NCBI GenBank assembly: GCA_965242695.1
Contig: CBDESU010000001.1
Location: 992,001-1,056,000 of the forward strand
Reading direction: 5' to 3'
DNA: 64,000 nt
DNA from: Cenarchaeum sp.
Lineage (GTDB): Archaea; Thermoproteota; Nitrososphaeria; Nitrososphaerales; Nitrosopumilaceae
In this document: positions 29,301 through 38,282 of the stretch, piece by piece
Numbering within the stretch: position 1 is the first letter of the stretch
Layout of the letters: each line of letters begins with the position of its first letter
Notes under the pieces: model-generated
Told to the model about the DNA's origin: nothing
The model's input: the letters and a program-made list of their open reading frames with translations, nothing else
Databases searched by the model: none
Position numbers and translations under genes: made by a program

Positions 29301-32300
29301 GCCGGGGCACGTGTTCGCAATCTCGTTGCGGTTTAGCGTGATATCGGCATCAACGCTGCGCCACGCTGACACCTCGACGACGTAGTCGTAGACGGTGCAC
29401 GCAATGTCGCGGAACGCGATGCCCTCGACGGCGGATCCCCCGTCGCGCACGAGCAGGTGCGATGCGCCGGTGAACACGACGCCGCCTGGCATCCCGGACG
29501 CCGACTTTATCGACAACGCCTTTTCGCCGAGGCTCAGGTCTACGTCGACGTACGTCCCGTCTGGTATGACGACGGTGGCGCCGTGGACCGCATCGGCGAC
29601 GAGCAGCTCGGGTATGGAGCGCGGCTTTGGATCCACGGTGTAGCCCATGCCACCCGATCCCGGCACCACGTGGACGGGCCCGAACTCTGTGCCGTGCTCG
29701 GCCGCGCCGGCGACGACTGCCGATCCCGTGCGGCCGTACAGCGGGGCGCTGGCGCCGGCAGATCCCGCGCCAGCGACAGGCACGTCCGTGCGGGCGGCGA
29801 TCTCGCCGGTCGCCGCATCGTACGCCACCAGCCCGAGGTACCGCCCGTCGTCGGGCCTTGCGACCGCGTAGAGCACTCCCGAATCGGCGTCGAGCTCGAT
29901 GTCGACGACGTCCCACTCGGGCTCTGCAAAGTGCCTGACGAGCTCGGGGTCGGGGCTTGCCGCGGACGCTGCGTACGACGAGATCGTTCCGTTGAACCAG
30001 TTCACGTACAGCATGCCGTTCGCCGCATCAATGGCCATGTCGCCGGCCGCAAAAGACTCGGCGCCGGCGGGCAGGATGGACGGGTTTGCGTGTATGTCCA
30101 GCGATCCGGCCCGCGTATAGTTTGGCGTGAACATGCCGTCCGCGCCGGTAAAGTTGAGTGCCACCAGGCCGTACGTCATGTCCAGCGTGCGGTTGTCGCC
30201 GTCGTCGGCCAGCGCGTACGCTGCCGCCGCGTATGCGATCCTGCCCGTAGTGTCGACTGCCATCGCGCTGATCCGCGCACCCTGCGCGAGAGACGCGCCG
30301 GCGTCCAAAGACGGGGCCTGCGCGTCCGGCATGCCGCCGTCCCCGAGCTGGACCGTCAGGATTCCCTCCAGGGTCGAGACGTACAGCCGCTTCCCGTCTG
30401 CATCGACTGCGAGGGCATCGTCGAGGCGCGGGTTCGTCTCCGAGCCGTCGTCCTGGCCGGCGATCTTGAGGATGATCCTGCCGTCAAGCACCTCGCCTGT
30501 CATGCCGTTGATCGTCAGTATGAACGCCTCGTCGTCGATCGCCGATGCGTTCTTGTGGTACCAGGGGGCCGGCCAGTCGTCGGTGCCCCTCGTGTCGTGC
30601 GCGAGCACGTACGCCATTCCGTCGCGCGTGTTGGCCGCAATGTCAAAGATGTACGTGTCGTTGTTGCCGATCCTGTGGGTCCCCACGGCCGAGAACCCGT
30701 CGCTTGCGTTCAGTATCGAGACGACGGACGGCGAGCCGGGCGAGGCGACGTACATCAGGCCTGCCGTCGCATCCATTGCCGCAAGCCTAGCGCCCGTGCC
30801 GCCCTCGGCCCCCAGCAGTGCCTGCGGCAGCGCGAACGTGCCGGTGGCCGAGTACGAGCAGTCCGCCGGCATGTCGCACGCTCCGTTGCCGACCAGCATC
30901 GGCACCATGACCTGGATGGCGCTCGAGCCGGCCAGCGACTCGTCCGAGCCAGGCCCGGGCAGTTCCAGAATTGCATTGTTCCTGACTATATCCGTTATAG
31001 TCCCGCCGTTGAGCCGAAGCGCGTCCGTCCCCGTATAGTCCAAGTCGCCCGACATGTCGCCGTATGTCGGATAGTATGCAAACACGAGCGTGTCGGTGTT
31101 GTCGCCGCGCACGTACACCGCCTGGCGGTCGGCCTCTCCCGTCTCGAGCGCAATGGTCGGCGTGCCGCCCGCAGTGCCGACGCGGACCGTCTCGTTGAAC
31201 ATGACCTGCACCTCGATGAGCTCGTTGATCCCGTACGTCCCGTCCGCCGAGTCGGACGCCACCCGCAACACGATCGGCTTTGCCGTGTCGGGCATTCCGA
31301 TCGTTATGCCCCTTGCGGACAGAGCGCCGGATGAATCCGTCGCCGGCAGGGTCAGATTGGCATGCGTGCCTGTGTTCATGTCGGTTATCATGCTGCCGTC
31401 GCCGGCTGCAAGCGACGACCTGTTCACGTAGTTGAGGCCGGCCGAGCTGTCGCCGTCGGCGACCGTGTAGCGGAACGTCAGGACGGACGCATCGTGCGAC
31501 CGCAGTGCAAGAGCCTTGTCCTCGGGGCCAGCGTCTATCGTAAGGGTCGGCGTGCCGGATACGGACACGGGCTTTGTGAATACAACCATGATGTCGATCG
31601 ACTGGCCGGCGACATAGCCGGTGCTCAGGTTGCCCGACGTTACGCGCAGGATGGACGGCGCGGCCTCGTCGCCTGGCGCCAGAGTGAACAGCGGCTCGTA
31701 CAGGACCGAGCCGGCGGGATCCTGCCCCGACGCAGGCGTCTCGGCCTTGAACAGGGAAGATTCCGGCTCGTACCCGGGATAGTAGTTGTACCGCGCGTCG
31801 AGTGCGCCGCGGACGCCGTTCTCTACGAGGCGGCTGTCGTTGTTGTCCATGTGCACCACATTCCAGTTGAACCGAATGTCCTGGCCGCCTAGTCCCAAGA
31901 TCGAATCGACGCCGGGCCCCCACATCGCGGCATACGGCTTGTTGCGCAGCGGCCCGCTAGTCGCAGTGTAGGCCTCGCACTCGGCGCCACACACTGAAAA
32001 GGCGCCACCGCTCTGCGATATGGTATTGCCCGTCACGTTTACGTTGTCCGTATCGCTGAGGCGGTTGCCGTCGTCGGGCACCACCAGTATGGCCGCATCC
32101 TGCGTCAGGTTGCGGCTGTCCTCAACGCCGCGCAAGAAGTCGTGGTTGGGTGCGTACGAGGCGTTTGTTATGGTGTTGCCCCGCACCGAGATTCCGTCCG
32201 AGCCGCCCCTCACCCAGACCGCGCTGAGCGGGATGTCCGCAAACGTGTTGTCCGACAGGTCCAGGTTCCTAGCCTGCCTGACGTCGACTGCAACACCGGC

Positions 32301-34205
32301 CACCCTCTCGAACGTGTTTGACGAGATCTCTGCATTCCTCATCTCCACAGATCTCGAGTGGACGCCCGTCTTTATCGCGTTGCGCGGCTCGTCGGGCACG
32401 CCGTCGTAGTGCCTCGCGTTGTACCCGATGTCCCTAAAGGTGTTGTCGGCTATCAGCACATCCGACGCGCTACCCTCACGGTTGAAGCCGCCCGACAGGA
32501 TGCCGCCGTAGCAAGTGTTGTCGAATACGTTGTCGGTTATGGTGATGTTGCTGTCGTGCGAGCGGTGCACGCCCACGTTGATGACGTACTCGGAGAGGTA
32601 GCCGTTTGTGCGGTCGACGTTCTGCACCTTGTCGTGGCATGTCGTGTCGCGGAACGTGATGCCCTGCACGGCCACATCACTGTTGCGTATGAGTATGTGC
32701 GACGCGCCGGTGAATACGACGCCGCCCTGCCGCCCCGACTCGGAGCGTATTGTCATGCCCTTTTCGGTCCCGCCCGCGTTAGTCGTCAGGTAGACGTCGC
32801 GGTATGTCCCGTCCGGAATGGAGACTACGCCGCCGTCGGGCACCTCCCTAGCCAGGCGCTCGGGAACCGACTCGGGCCGCGGGTCGATTACTGTCAGATC
32901 TGGCCCAGCAAAGCCGAGTGCGTACACGATGCCGGTGTCAAGACTTCCGGCACCCATACCTGCCGGAAGCGCGGACGATACAGCGATTGCATCTATTGCG
33001 GCATCTGCACCGCTCCAGCTAGGCCGGTCGACGACGGCTATTCGAGCCCCGTCGGACGTGCGGTACACGCCGATGTTTGTGGATGTGACCCAGTACAGCA
33101 GACCGCGCCTCTCGTCCAGCACAAGATCTCTGTTGGCTCCGGTAGTGCTCTCGAGATGTCCTCCGATTGTCGGGAGGCCAGCCGCTCCAGAAGTGCGGTT
33201 TTTTAGGTCGTACCATGCAAGCGTCTTGTTCTGGAATAGTGTGAACAACTTGTCGTTACGGTCGTCAAGGACCATGTCGTGGGCATTGGCACTCTGGTCA
33301 GACATGCAAGCGCTGCCGGCACACAGAGCCATGCTGTCGATCGTCGTATAGTTTGGATTGAACTGTCCACCGCCCCCAAATTCCAGTGTGTTCAGGGCAA
33401 ATATGCGATTACCCACCGCAGTGTCCCAGTACATTGTCATAGCGTAGGCAGTGGCGTTTTGTGCCGTCGAATTGATGGCTATGGATGATACGTACCAAGC
33501 GTTGTAGGTGTTCCGCCATCCCGTTCCGTCCCCACTTCTCCCGTACGGCAGGAGAACGGGCGGCTCGGCAGTTGCATTGACCACCAGTATGCCGTGCGCA
33601 TTTACGGATAGGGTAGAACTGTATGTCGAGATATACACCAAGCCGTGCTTGGAATCTACATGCAGCTTGTCGGGGTTTGGGCTCTGCAGTGTCCCATCAT
33701 AATGGTACGGAGCAGTCAAAGTGACATTGCTCAACGAACCACTAGCATTCATTATGTGCAGGTACGTGGTGTCCCCATAGTCCGTCGCCACGTACAGGTC
33801 GCCCGTCTTCGTATTGACGGCCATTGCCTCCACGGGGTTGCCGGGAGCGCCCGGAAAGGTCGCGTTGAGGATCATCGGGTAGCCGGGGCGGCCCGCATCG
33901 TACACTGCGACCGTGTTTTCGTACGCGATGTACAGCCTGTCGTTCACGGGATCGAACTCGATCAGCCTTGACCCGCCGGACGGCCCCGTCTCGGGGCGCT
34001 CCACTACGGGCAGGTCGGTAAAGCGGAATATGCAGTCTGTCGGGTCTGGCGCGCAGTGGCCGTTGTCGTACTGCTGCGCGTGCGCGGCCGGAGCCACACC
34101 GTCCAAGAAAGGCATGCCTGCGAGGGCGGCAACGGCGATCGCTACTACGGCCACAATGGGCAATGCGGACGGGACGGCGTATCTGGCCTGTCTACAGGGC
34201 CGCAC
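26319..34205 (-). CDS. Giant surface protein: 2x (beta-propeller-like + right-handed beta-helix), Ig-like domains, CFI-box-CTERM
   Basis: Signal-peptide-like N-terminus, duplicated IPDGTY...GGVVFTGASH...ITFRD beta-helix module, poly-Gly, AWDCD domain and GGCLIATAAHGTELAAQVQHLREIRD. Expected start ATG 34230 is offset by a G13 tract. Confidence 0.9.
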   Translation of the reverse strand: MRPCRQARYAVPSALPIVAVVAIAVAALAGMPFLDGVAPAAHAQQYDNGHCAPDPTDCIFRFTDLPVVERPETGPSGGSRLIEFDPVNDRLYIAYENTVAVYDAGRPGYPMILNATFPGAPGNPVEAMAVNTKTGDLYVATDYGDTTYLHIMNASGSLSNVTLTAPYHYDGTLQSPNPDKLHVDSKHGLVYISTYSSTLSVNAHGILVVNATAEPPVLLPYGRSGDGTGWRNTYNAWYVSSIAINSTAQNATAYAMTMYWDTAVGNRIFALNTLEFGGGGQFNPNYTTIDSMALCAGSACMSDQSANAHDMVLDDRNDKLFTLFQNKTLAWYDLKNRTSGAAGLPTIGGHLESTTGANRDLVLDERRGLLYWVTSTNIGVYRTSDGARIAVVDRPSWSGADAAIDAIAVSSALPAGMGAGSLDTGIVYALGFAGPDLTVIDPRPESVPERLAREVPDGGVVSIPDGTYRDVYLTTNAGGTEKGMTIRSESGRQGGVVFTGASHILIRNSDVAVQGITFRDTTCHDKVQNVDRTNGYLSEYVINVGVHRSHDSNITITDNVFDNTCYGGILSGGFNREGSASDVLIADNTFRDIGYNARHYDGVPDEPRNAIKTGVHSRSVEMRNAEISSNTFERVAGVAVDVRQARNLDLSDNTFADIPLSAVWVRGGSDGISVRGNTITNASYAPNHDFLRGVEDSRNLTQDAAILVVPDDGNRLSDTDNVNVTGNTISQSGGAFSVCGAECEAYTATSGPLRNKPYAAMWGPGVDSILGLGGQDIRFNWNVVHMDNNDSRLVENGVRGALDARYNYYPGYEPESSLFKAETPASGQDPAGSVLYEPLFTLAPGDEAAPSILRVTSGNLSTGYVAGQSIDIMVVFTKPVSVSGTPTLTIDAGPEDKALALRSHDASVLTFRYTVADGDSSAGLNYVNRSSLAAGDGSMITDMNTGTHANLTLPATDSSGALSARGITIGMPDTAKPIVLRVASDSADGTYGINELIEVQVMFNETVRVGTAGGTPTIALETGEADRQAVYVRGDNTDTLVFAYYPTYGDMSGDLDYTGTDALRLNGGTITDIVRNNAILELPGPGSDESLAGSSAIQVMVPMLVGNGACDMPADCSYSATGTFALPQALLGAEGGTGARLAAMDATAGLMYVASPGSPSVVSILNASDGFSAVGTHRIGNNDTYIFDIAANTRDGMAYVLAHDTRGTDDWPAPWYHKNASAIDDEAFILTINGMTGEVLDGRIILKIAGQDDGSETNPRLDDALAVDADGKRLYVSTLEGILTVQLGDGGMPDAQAPSLDAGASLAQGARISAMAVDTTGRIAYAAAAYALADDGDNRTLDMTYGLVALNFTGADGMFTPNYTRAGSLDIHANPSILPAGAESFAAGDMAIDAANGMLYVNWFNGTISSYAASAASPDPELVRHFAEPEWDVVDIELDADSGVLYAVARPDDGRYLGLVAYDAATGEIAARTDVPVAGAGSAGASAPLYGRTGSAVVAGAAEHGTEFGPVHVVPGSGGMGYTVDPKPRSIPELLVADAVHGATVVIPDGTYVDVDLSLGEKALSIKSASGMPGGVVFTGASHLLVRDGGSAVEGIAFRDIACTVYDYVVEVSAWRSVDADITLNRNEIANTCPGGIDIGGAADGRVERITVANNTLSGIGTYPVAAEPRAAIHTGQSPNSVQVSDARFLSNMIDGTSGTGIEIGQGRGVAVSGNDIRNTPGSAIVVGGGSDGVDIAGNTIAGANSEADFDYLSGVSGSLDAGYEAAILVKPGDGGALGPTDNVLASGNTISDSNGAFAICGDVCEVRGDAYDAPWGPGAANHAIGHPDGQDVRFNDNAVHENNTGVLVRNDAAGTLDARYNAYPGYAPDASRFAGGVQWLPLVPAAATASAQFTGPNTVVVAYSQPMGPPAGHGGPVYGMVTGPGGLAAESEADVRGLGTAMHTVTFGGPGVNRTQTGAIEVNADMEGATSDRTRYAFTGDSIPVGAGGVSSPSGPMPVVEITPQGFVREVDVTEAGGEARAAINVTALASAPLVADVAANTVVFPPEAVTIRSSFAVVTVPPNTTATYVPADGLLDMFASDMRPSAEAVADALGIDNAARVMVGGVYEIGDNRTHIAFDAPIRILLAGAPAGSEAFYVNNTNGAVVPITTECDDDETAAVAAQLDGAGECLLDVADGVAVHTYHLTRFGTAIVAGDSGTGIGDSEGIGDGDGADTTYTATSRLTANLVVPSAPPTVVDPVAVVQPQGQFFGGGGGGGGGGGGGGGGGRLLQGGGAVILYSAAWDCDEGTLRITVNSGITPDVSVLSSDGTVAAQRGDGPHPDGRVVYEAPLPSDPIMSIRAVAVDGRGVSTVSETVRTGGQCTGETVFRAYGEPAEEPRQPERDMEQEAPADPRPDAPADAMPGDEAAPADPRPDAPADAGDGQPVAPQEVEIPEPPAEPADPRPDAPADAGDGQPVAQDDMQPPAAPTGDDAADDSGGCLIATAAHGTELAAQVQHLREIRDGTVLSTASGASFMAAFNSAYYAFAPAVADLERENAAVRDAVRILLSPMLATLSIMALAEEGSEAHVLALGAAVIAANAAIYVAAPAVAGTVLGRRLPALLRRARSRDLAAAADAPWRTRKGAA

Positions 34206-34211
34206 TTGCGT

Positions 34212-34224
34212 CCCCCCCCCCCCC
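34212..34224 (-). repeat. G13 homopolymer (C13 on + strand) at the 5' end of the surface protein gene
   Basis: Minus strand reads tttttata-(23 nt)-ATG ATC G13 ACG CAA GTG CGG. Confidence 0.9.
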
Positions 34225-34601
34225 GATCATTTGGCGCGCCGAGAGAATATGGGTATAAAAAGCATCCCCGCAGCCTCAAAACTTGGGCAAGGGTCTGTGG
34301 AGCTGTGCAGTGGCGCGCAGCGTGGCACAGGCAGGGACCGCGGCCGGCTGATCATCCCGCGCTTGACGGGGTATGGCGGAATGGCCCACGTCCAGCCCGC
34401 GCGCCTCTCGCCTCTCCCCCTGCACCCCGTCCGCGTCGACGGCCACGTCGACGGCCGCGCCGCCGTGTGATGCCAGCGGGCGGGTCGAACCTGCCATGGC
34501 CCCCGACAGGGAAGGGGCCGCTGCCAGGCATGGGCATGTGGCCGATGTGTCGCGCAGCGCCCAATCAAACGCATAAAGGCGGCACGCCGTGCACGGGGGG
34601 C

Positions 34602-35669
34602 ATGGACGGCGCAAAAACGGCCGCCGGCGCAGATGCGAACGCGCTGTGGGCGGCGGCCGCCGACGCAAGGGCGTGGAATGCTTCCATGCACGATCATGCG
34701 GCGTGGGTGGAGCGCAGGAAGGCATGGGCGATCAAGGCCGATGCCGACGAGTCGATGAGGCGGGCGGGCAGGGCATGCAGGCGGGCGGGCAGGGCGCTGG
34801 ACAGGATGGACGCGGGAGCGACAATGAAGGTGTCGGCGAGAGTGAGCCAGGCCGCCGATGCGTTGGAGCGGGCGGCCGATGCGTTCAGGCGATCGTCCGA
34901 GCTTAGCAAGGCGGCAGGAGTGGAGCTGTTGCGGGCATCCAGGGCACATGTGCGCTCCGGCAAACGCGCCGGAGCCGAGCGCATCCCGGAGGCGGAGCTG
35001 TTGCGGGCATCCAGGGCACATGTGCGCTCCGGCAAACGCGCCGGAGCCGAGCGCATCCCGGAGGCGGAGCTGTTGCGGGCATCCAGGGTATACGCGCGGG
35101 CCGCCGGCCTGCGGCGTGGCGTGGCCGCGGCCAGGCGGGCCTCAAGGTCGTACGACCACGCGATAGCTGCGTCCGATTTGGCCATCATCGCGCTTGACGG
35201 GACGGAGGCGCTCATGCGGGATTCCGTCAAGCTGGCAGAGGGCGCAGTCAAGCTGGCAGAGGGCGCGGCAGGGCAGCCCGATGCGGGCATCGTGTGGGAC
35301 GGCATCCGCAGCGCGCTGTCGTCGGCGCAGGACGGCCTGCGGGGGACCTCGGACTGGGCACGCGCGCTGTCGGAGGCGTCGGAGGAAGATGCGGGCAAGG
35401 CGGAACGGCGGGCGGCGAAGGTGCGGAAGCGGGCGGCCGCCGCTGCCGAGCGCTCGGCGGCAAGGGCGGCCGCCGCTGCCGAGCGCGGGCTGGACGACCC
35501 GGGCGCGCAAAGGGCCGCGGCGGCGTGGAACAAGGCCAGGGCGGCGGCCGGCAGGGTTGACGGGCGGCGGGATGCAAAGGCAGTGGCGGTCGAAAGGCGG
35601 CGGGCAGGTCGGGTCGCACGGGGGCGCCGCGGCGGCGACACGGGCGGCGGCACACATGATTCGGCATGA
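34602..35669 (+). CDS. Ala/Arg-rich helical family member A, with an internal 72-bp tandem repeat
   Basis: LWAAAADARAWNA...W..KADADE and PGAQRAAAAWNKA motifs. gcataaagg promoter motif about 24 nt upstream. Repeat units at 34922, 34994 and 35066. Confidence 0.7.
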   Translation: MDGAKTAAGADANALWAAAADARAWNASMHDHAAWVERRKAWAIKADADESMRRAGRACRRAGRALDRMDAGATMKVSARVSQAADALERAADAFRRSSELSKAAGVELLRASRAHVRSGKRAGAERIPEAELLRASRAHVRSGKRAGAERIPEAELLRASRVYARAAGLRRGVAAARRASRSYDHAIAASDLAIIALDGTEALMRDSVKLAEGAVKLAEGAAGQPDAGIVWDGIRSALSSAQDGLRGTSDWARALSEASEEDAGKAERRAAKVRKRAAAAAERSAARAAAAAERGLDDPGAQRAAAAWNKARAAAGRVDGRRDAKAVAVERRRAGRVARGRRGGDTGGGTHDSA

Positions 35670-35857
35670 CAGTTTGTTTCGCCTCGACAGTCGCCCGTAC
35701 GGGCCAGATCAAGATTCAAGCGCCGGCGAGCGACCTGGCGTGCGGTCCGAGGCGGAGGATTGCGCCAGAGGAATCCCGGCGGGCGGTGCGGCGGATGCCC
35801 GCGGCCCGCGGCGGCGCACGGCGATGGGCAGATCTGCGGCAACGTCTGGCCACCCCG

Positions 35858-36436
35858 CTACCTTGACGCGGCAGGGATCTGTGGGGCGGCCGCGGGGTAG
35901 CGCACCGACGATGCCAGCACGGGCCGCCACTGACACCCCTCGGTCGTGTACTTGTCGCAGTCCAGGACGATGCCGATCTTGGGCGAGGTCAACTCGTCGA
36001 CTATGCCGCGGCACTGCTCGGCCGAGCGCCCTGACGCCAGCCCGCCGACCAGCTCGGCCAGGCCTTCGGTATCGGGCCTCATATGGCTGAAGACGATCAG
36101 GTAGGTGGCCGCCTTGATCCAGTCGGCGTCCTTGCCGGCGAGCAGGCGCAGGAGCCGTTCCCCGTCAAAGCCGTCCGGCAGCGGCGGCGCATCGCACCCG
36201 AGGCCGGCCCGCACACGCGGCACGGCCGACTCGAGATCGTTGTAGAGCCGCTTCGAGTACGGACCGTTCGAGAGCTTGTCGTCAAACACGTACCCGTGGT
36301 TCAGCCCGAGCCGGCCGGCTATGAGGGTGCAGTGGACCAGCATCCCCAGCTCGTCAAGCTTCTGGTCCTCGTCCGCGGGCGGAGACCTCCGGAGTAGCCC
36401 GCCGTCCACAAGGAGCCGCACAAGCGCATCCAGCAT
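35858..36436 (-). CDS. 192-aa GPYS-family protein, copy 5 (divergent from PIN 3)
   Basis: Paralogue of 21508..22086. Confidence 0.7.
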   Translation of the reverse strand: MLDALVRLLVDGGLLRRSPPADEDQKLDELGMLVHCTLIAGRLGLNHGYVFDDKLSNGPYSKRLYNDLESAVPRVRAGLGCDAPPLPDGFDGERLLRLLAGKDADWIKAATYLIVFSHMRPDTEGLAELVGGLASGRSAEQCRGIVDELTSPKIGIVLDCDKYTTEGCQWRPVLASSVRYPAAAPQIPAASR

Positions 36437-36545
36437 GGGCGGCGGCGCCTAGGCATTCCATATAGCCCTTTGCTCCTCCTAGATCGCCGTGCTACTGGCA
36501 AATATGGCCTTAAAAGGTAATATACTACAGGATTCGGTCCCCGGC

Positions 36546-37031
36546 ATGGTCGTTGTCGTGTACCTGGACACATGGATCTTGAGGGCATACGTGTCGAAAG
36601 ATTCCAAGGAGCGGCGCGATGCGGCCCGTCTGCTCGCCCGGCTCCAGTCGGGCGTCTATGTCGTAAAGGTGCCGCAGGTGATCATCGGCGAGGCGGTCGC
36701 GACCGTAATGAGAGACTACGACCCCGACGAGTGGGAAGAGGTGGTAGGCAGGATGATGCGGGCGATCGCAGATGTGGCCGATCCGGCCACCTGCCTTCCA
36801 CCCCTGGATACGGCGGTGGTCGAAAGGGCCGATCAGCTGAAGGCCCGCATCGTGGGACTGGCGGACACGGACGCCCTCTTGGCGGCGCAGGCGCTGAACG
36901 ACCCCCAGGCGCAAAAGGTAGTCACAAGGGACCACCTCCTCTCTACCTCGAACATTCTCAAAGCGGTGGTTCGCGAGATGATTGAGAACGGTGAGAGGGA
37001 GTTTAGCCTTAAATTCGGCGACAAAGTGTAA
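36546..37031 (+). CDS. PIN-domain nuclease, copy 3
   Basis: Nearly identical to PIN 2 except near the C-terminus. Confidence 0.85.
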   Translation: MVVVVYLDTWILRAYVSKDSKERRDAARLLARLQSGVYVVKVPQVIIGEAVATVMRDYDPDEWEEVVGRMMRAIADVADPATCLPPLDTAVVERADQLKARIVGLADTDALLAAQALNDPQAQKVVTRDHLLSTSNILKAVVREMIENGEREFSLKFGDKV

Positions 37032-37256
37032 AGCCGAATGATTTGCGTGGGCGCCGCCGCGAAGGGGGGTTTGTAGTCTCTCACCCCAGGCCCCCAGCCC
37101 ACCGACAGCGTGTACAGCCCATGTAAATCCGTCAGGAATGGCGGATCTTCATGACCCGCGGCAGTGCGGAGACGATCCCGCGCGGCTCGCAGTTTCGGAT
37201 TCGCCTGCCCCCTTCCCGTATGCCGCAGGCGCAGGCGGCACCCACTAGGGGCGCAG

Positions 37257-37297
37257 GGTGGCCCGCCATGGTGGCCCGCCATGGTGGCCCGCCATGG
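37257..37297. repeat. 13-bp intergenic tandem repeat x3
   Basis: (ggtggcccgccat)3. Confidence 0.8.
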
Positions 37298-37425
37298 CGC
37301 CTGCCTCGCGCGGCGGCGGCATGTCAGGCTACGCGAGGGCGCCGTGTGGTGGCCGCAGCGCGCGGGCGGGGAGAGACCAGACGCGGTGGCAGAAACGATG
37401 TGGGCAGGGGCGGCCGGTCGCCTGG

Positions 37426-38004
37426 CTACCCCGGTACGGCAGGGATCTGCGGGGCGGTCGCAGGATAGCGCACCGACGACGCCAGTTCGGGCCGCCACTG
37501 CTTCCCCTCGGGCGCGTACTTGTCGCAGTCTAGGACGATGCCGATCTCGGGCGATGTCATCTCGTCGACTATGGCGCGGCCGTAGTCGATCGAGCGCTCC
37601 AGGATCTGCTCGCCGAGCCACGCGACAAGATTCTCGATGCTGGGCCGCATATGGCTGAAGACGATCAGGTAGGTGGCCGCCCTGATCCAGTCGGCGTCCT
37701 TGCCGGCGAGCAGGTGCAGGAGCCGCTCCCCGTCAAGGCCGTCCGGCAGCGGCGGCGCATCGCCCCCAAGGCCGGCCCGAGCGCGCGGCACGGCCTCTTC
37801 AAGATCGTCGTAGAGCCGATCCGAGTTCGGGCCGTTCAGGAGCTTGTCGCCGACCACGTACCCGTGGTCCAGCCCGAGCCGGCCGGCTATGAAGGTGCAG
37901 TGGACCAGCAGCTCCAGCTCGTCAAGCTTTTGGTCCTCGTCCGCGGGCGGAGACCGCCTGATCACCCCGCCGTCCATGAGGAGCCGCACGAGCGCTTCCA
38001 GCAT
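37426..38004 (-). CDS. 192-aa GPYS-family protein, copy 6 (GPNS variant)
   Basis: Paralogue with ggtataac promoter element at 38027-38034. Confidence 0.7.
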   Translation of the reverse strand: MLEALVRLLMDGGVIRRSPPADEDQKLDELELLVHCTFIAGRLGLDHGYVVGDKLLNGPNSDRLYDDLEEAVPRARAGLGGDAPPLPDGLDGERLLHLLAGKDADWIRAATYLIVFSHMRPSIENLVAWLGEQILERSIDYGRAIVDEMTSPEIGIVLDCDKYAPEGKQWRPELASSVRYPATAPQIPAVPG

Positions 38005-38282
38005 GGGGCGGCGGCGCCTAGGGTTCGGTATAACTGCTCGCTTTGCGACGATCGTCGCACGCATGGGCGGGATCGGGATTCAAGCGTCGGCGTGCGGCGC
38101 GGCTCCGCCGGCCCATGCGTGTCGCCGCTCGCCTGCCCGAGCACGGCTCGCAGGTGCGTCACAGCGCACTCGCCCGCATTCCCTAGGATGGCTGTGGCCT
38201 TTCCCGCCTCGCTCCGGTCCTGCGCTCGGGACGGAGAGCCCCCTCCCCAAGGCTTTTACCGCCCGCCCACCGCACGCCCCGC

